This document shows positions 63,479-64,000 of a stretch of DNA of 64,000 nt, in pieces. The DNA is from a virus. A model generated the notes under the pieces. The model was not told the origin of the DNA. It did not search any database and worked only from the letters and a program-made list of their open reading frames with translations. A program made the position numbers and the translations under genes. Each line of letters starts with the position of its first letter. Position 1 is the stretch's first letter. Location of the stretch: IMG/VR virus record IMGVR_UViG_3300002225_000002; one strand, 5' to 3'.

Positions 63479-63924
63479 GGTAAAATGTCTCTACTACGCA
63501 AGCTATTAACATTTTCTTTTTGCAATAAGTATGTTTGCTGCGATGAGTTTGGTCTGAATAAATTAGCAGCTACGTAGGCTTCAAAATCCAGATTGGCATC
63601 AGGGTTCTTTCTCATTGGTTCCAAGAATACCATAACGCTAACTTCCATTATTTTAGCGGCATCCATAGATAGGACCGCCATGGTCGCGGCAGTGGTCTCA
63701 GTTAAACCTCTTTGCTGAAAAAAACTCTTTGCAAAAAAGTATTGCTCCGAATTTAGAGAAGAAGACACTAACGTCTTATCCATTAATGCAGTGTTAGCAG
63801 CGTTAAGTGCGTGCTCAAAACCTTTTCTGTCTTGAAACGTATTCACTAGGCGTCCTGCGTCTTCAACAGTTTTCCTCCTAGCACCTTGCTGCTTTAAGAA
63901 TTGCGTACTGAATCGTTCAGCCAT
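63475..63924 (-). CDS. Hypothetical protein, 149 aa
   Basis: SD AGGAG; operon context. Confidence 0.55.
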   Translation of the reverse strand: MAERFSTQFLKQQGARRKTVEDAGRLVNTFQDRKGFEHALNAANTALMDKTLVSSSLNSEQYFFAKSFFQQRGLTETTAATMAVLSMDAAKIMEVSVMVFLEPMRKNPDANLDFEAYVAANLFRPNSSQQTYLLQKENVNSLRSRDILP

Positions 63925-64000
63925 TACGTTCTCCTAAAATCTACAAAAGCCTTAGATGATCCTGACGCTGTAGCCTTAAGGTTTTTAGTACTTATGGTCT
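63924..64000 (-). CDS. 3' end of a gene entering from the right edge
   Basis: Frame ...ISTKNLKATASGSSKAFVDFRRT*, stop overlapping the next start. Confidence 0.35.
   Translation of the reverse strand, partial: TISTKNLKATASGSSKAFVDFRRT

Noticed and set aside
1-64000. Stop-codon reassignment as seen in some jumbo phages
   Set aside because: Conserved genes are full length in the standard code, and TAG (e.g. 6420, 15877, 37829) and TGA (31132) end genes at sensible positions.
1-64000. tRNA genes, group I introns or inteins in terminase, NrdA, helicases or UvsX
   Set aside because: No cloverleaf or T-loop motif seen in the short intergenic gaps, and these proteins have ordinary lengths with contiguous motifs. 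By-eye only; tRNAscan-SE was not run.

Overview
The window is 64 kb of an AT-rich (by eye), gene-dense dsDNA bacteriophage genome, most likely a jumbo myovirus distantly related to T4. Almost all genes are on the minus strand and read in the standard genetic code. It holds: (i) virion genes (partial tail fibre, GxGY-repeat structural proteins, PAAR, terminase large subunit, probable small subunit, gp4-like head-completion nuclease, many acidic head-associated proteins); (ii) a T4-like replication/recombination set (gp41 helicase, gp61 primase, gp32 SSB, gp44- and gp62-like clamp loader subunits, UvsW, UvsX, UvsY); (iii) nucleotide metabolism (NrdA/NrdB, ThyA, DHFR, MazG, HAD nucleotidase); (iv) host-like proteostasis/translation genes (ClpP, ClpX, ClpS, two GroES, ribosomal protein bS21, PhoH); (v) two free-standing homing-endonuclease-like genes. 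Two promoter classes are visible: sigma70-like TTGnnn-N17-TA(T/G)(A/T)nT and a T4-late-like (G/C/T)ATAAATA. The strongest leads are an intein-free split mini-DnaE (C-family polymerase core) whose two halves lie 37.5 kb apart, a stand-alone GcrA C-terminal-like Zn domain, a family of proteins with T4 capsid-targeting-like N-termini, an H-type pseudoknot upstream of the gp32 homologue, a catalytically degenerate ExoX homologue and an unannotated 35-aa peptide resembling the portal clip motif. All family assignments come from motifs recognised by eye. No database search was run, so novelty is unconfirmed. Several starts were moved from the ORF track to a downstream ATG where RBS or promoter context supported it.
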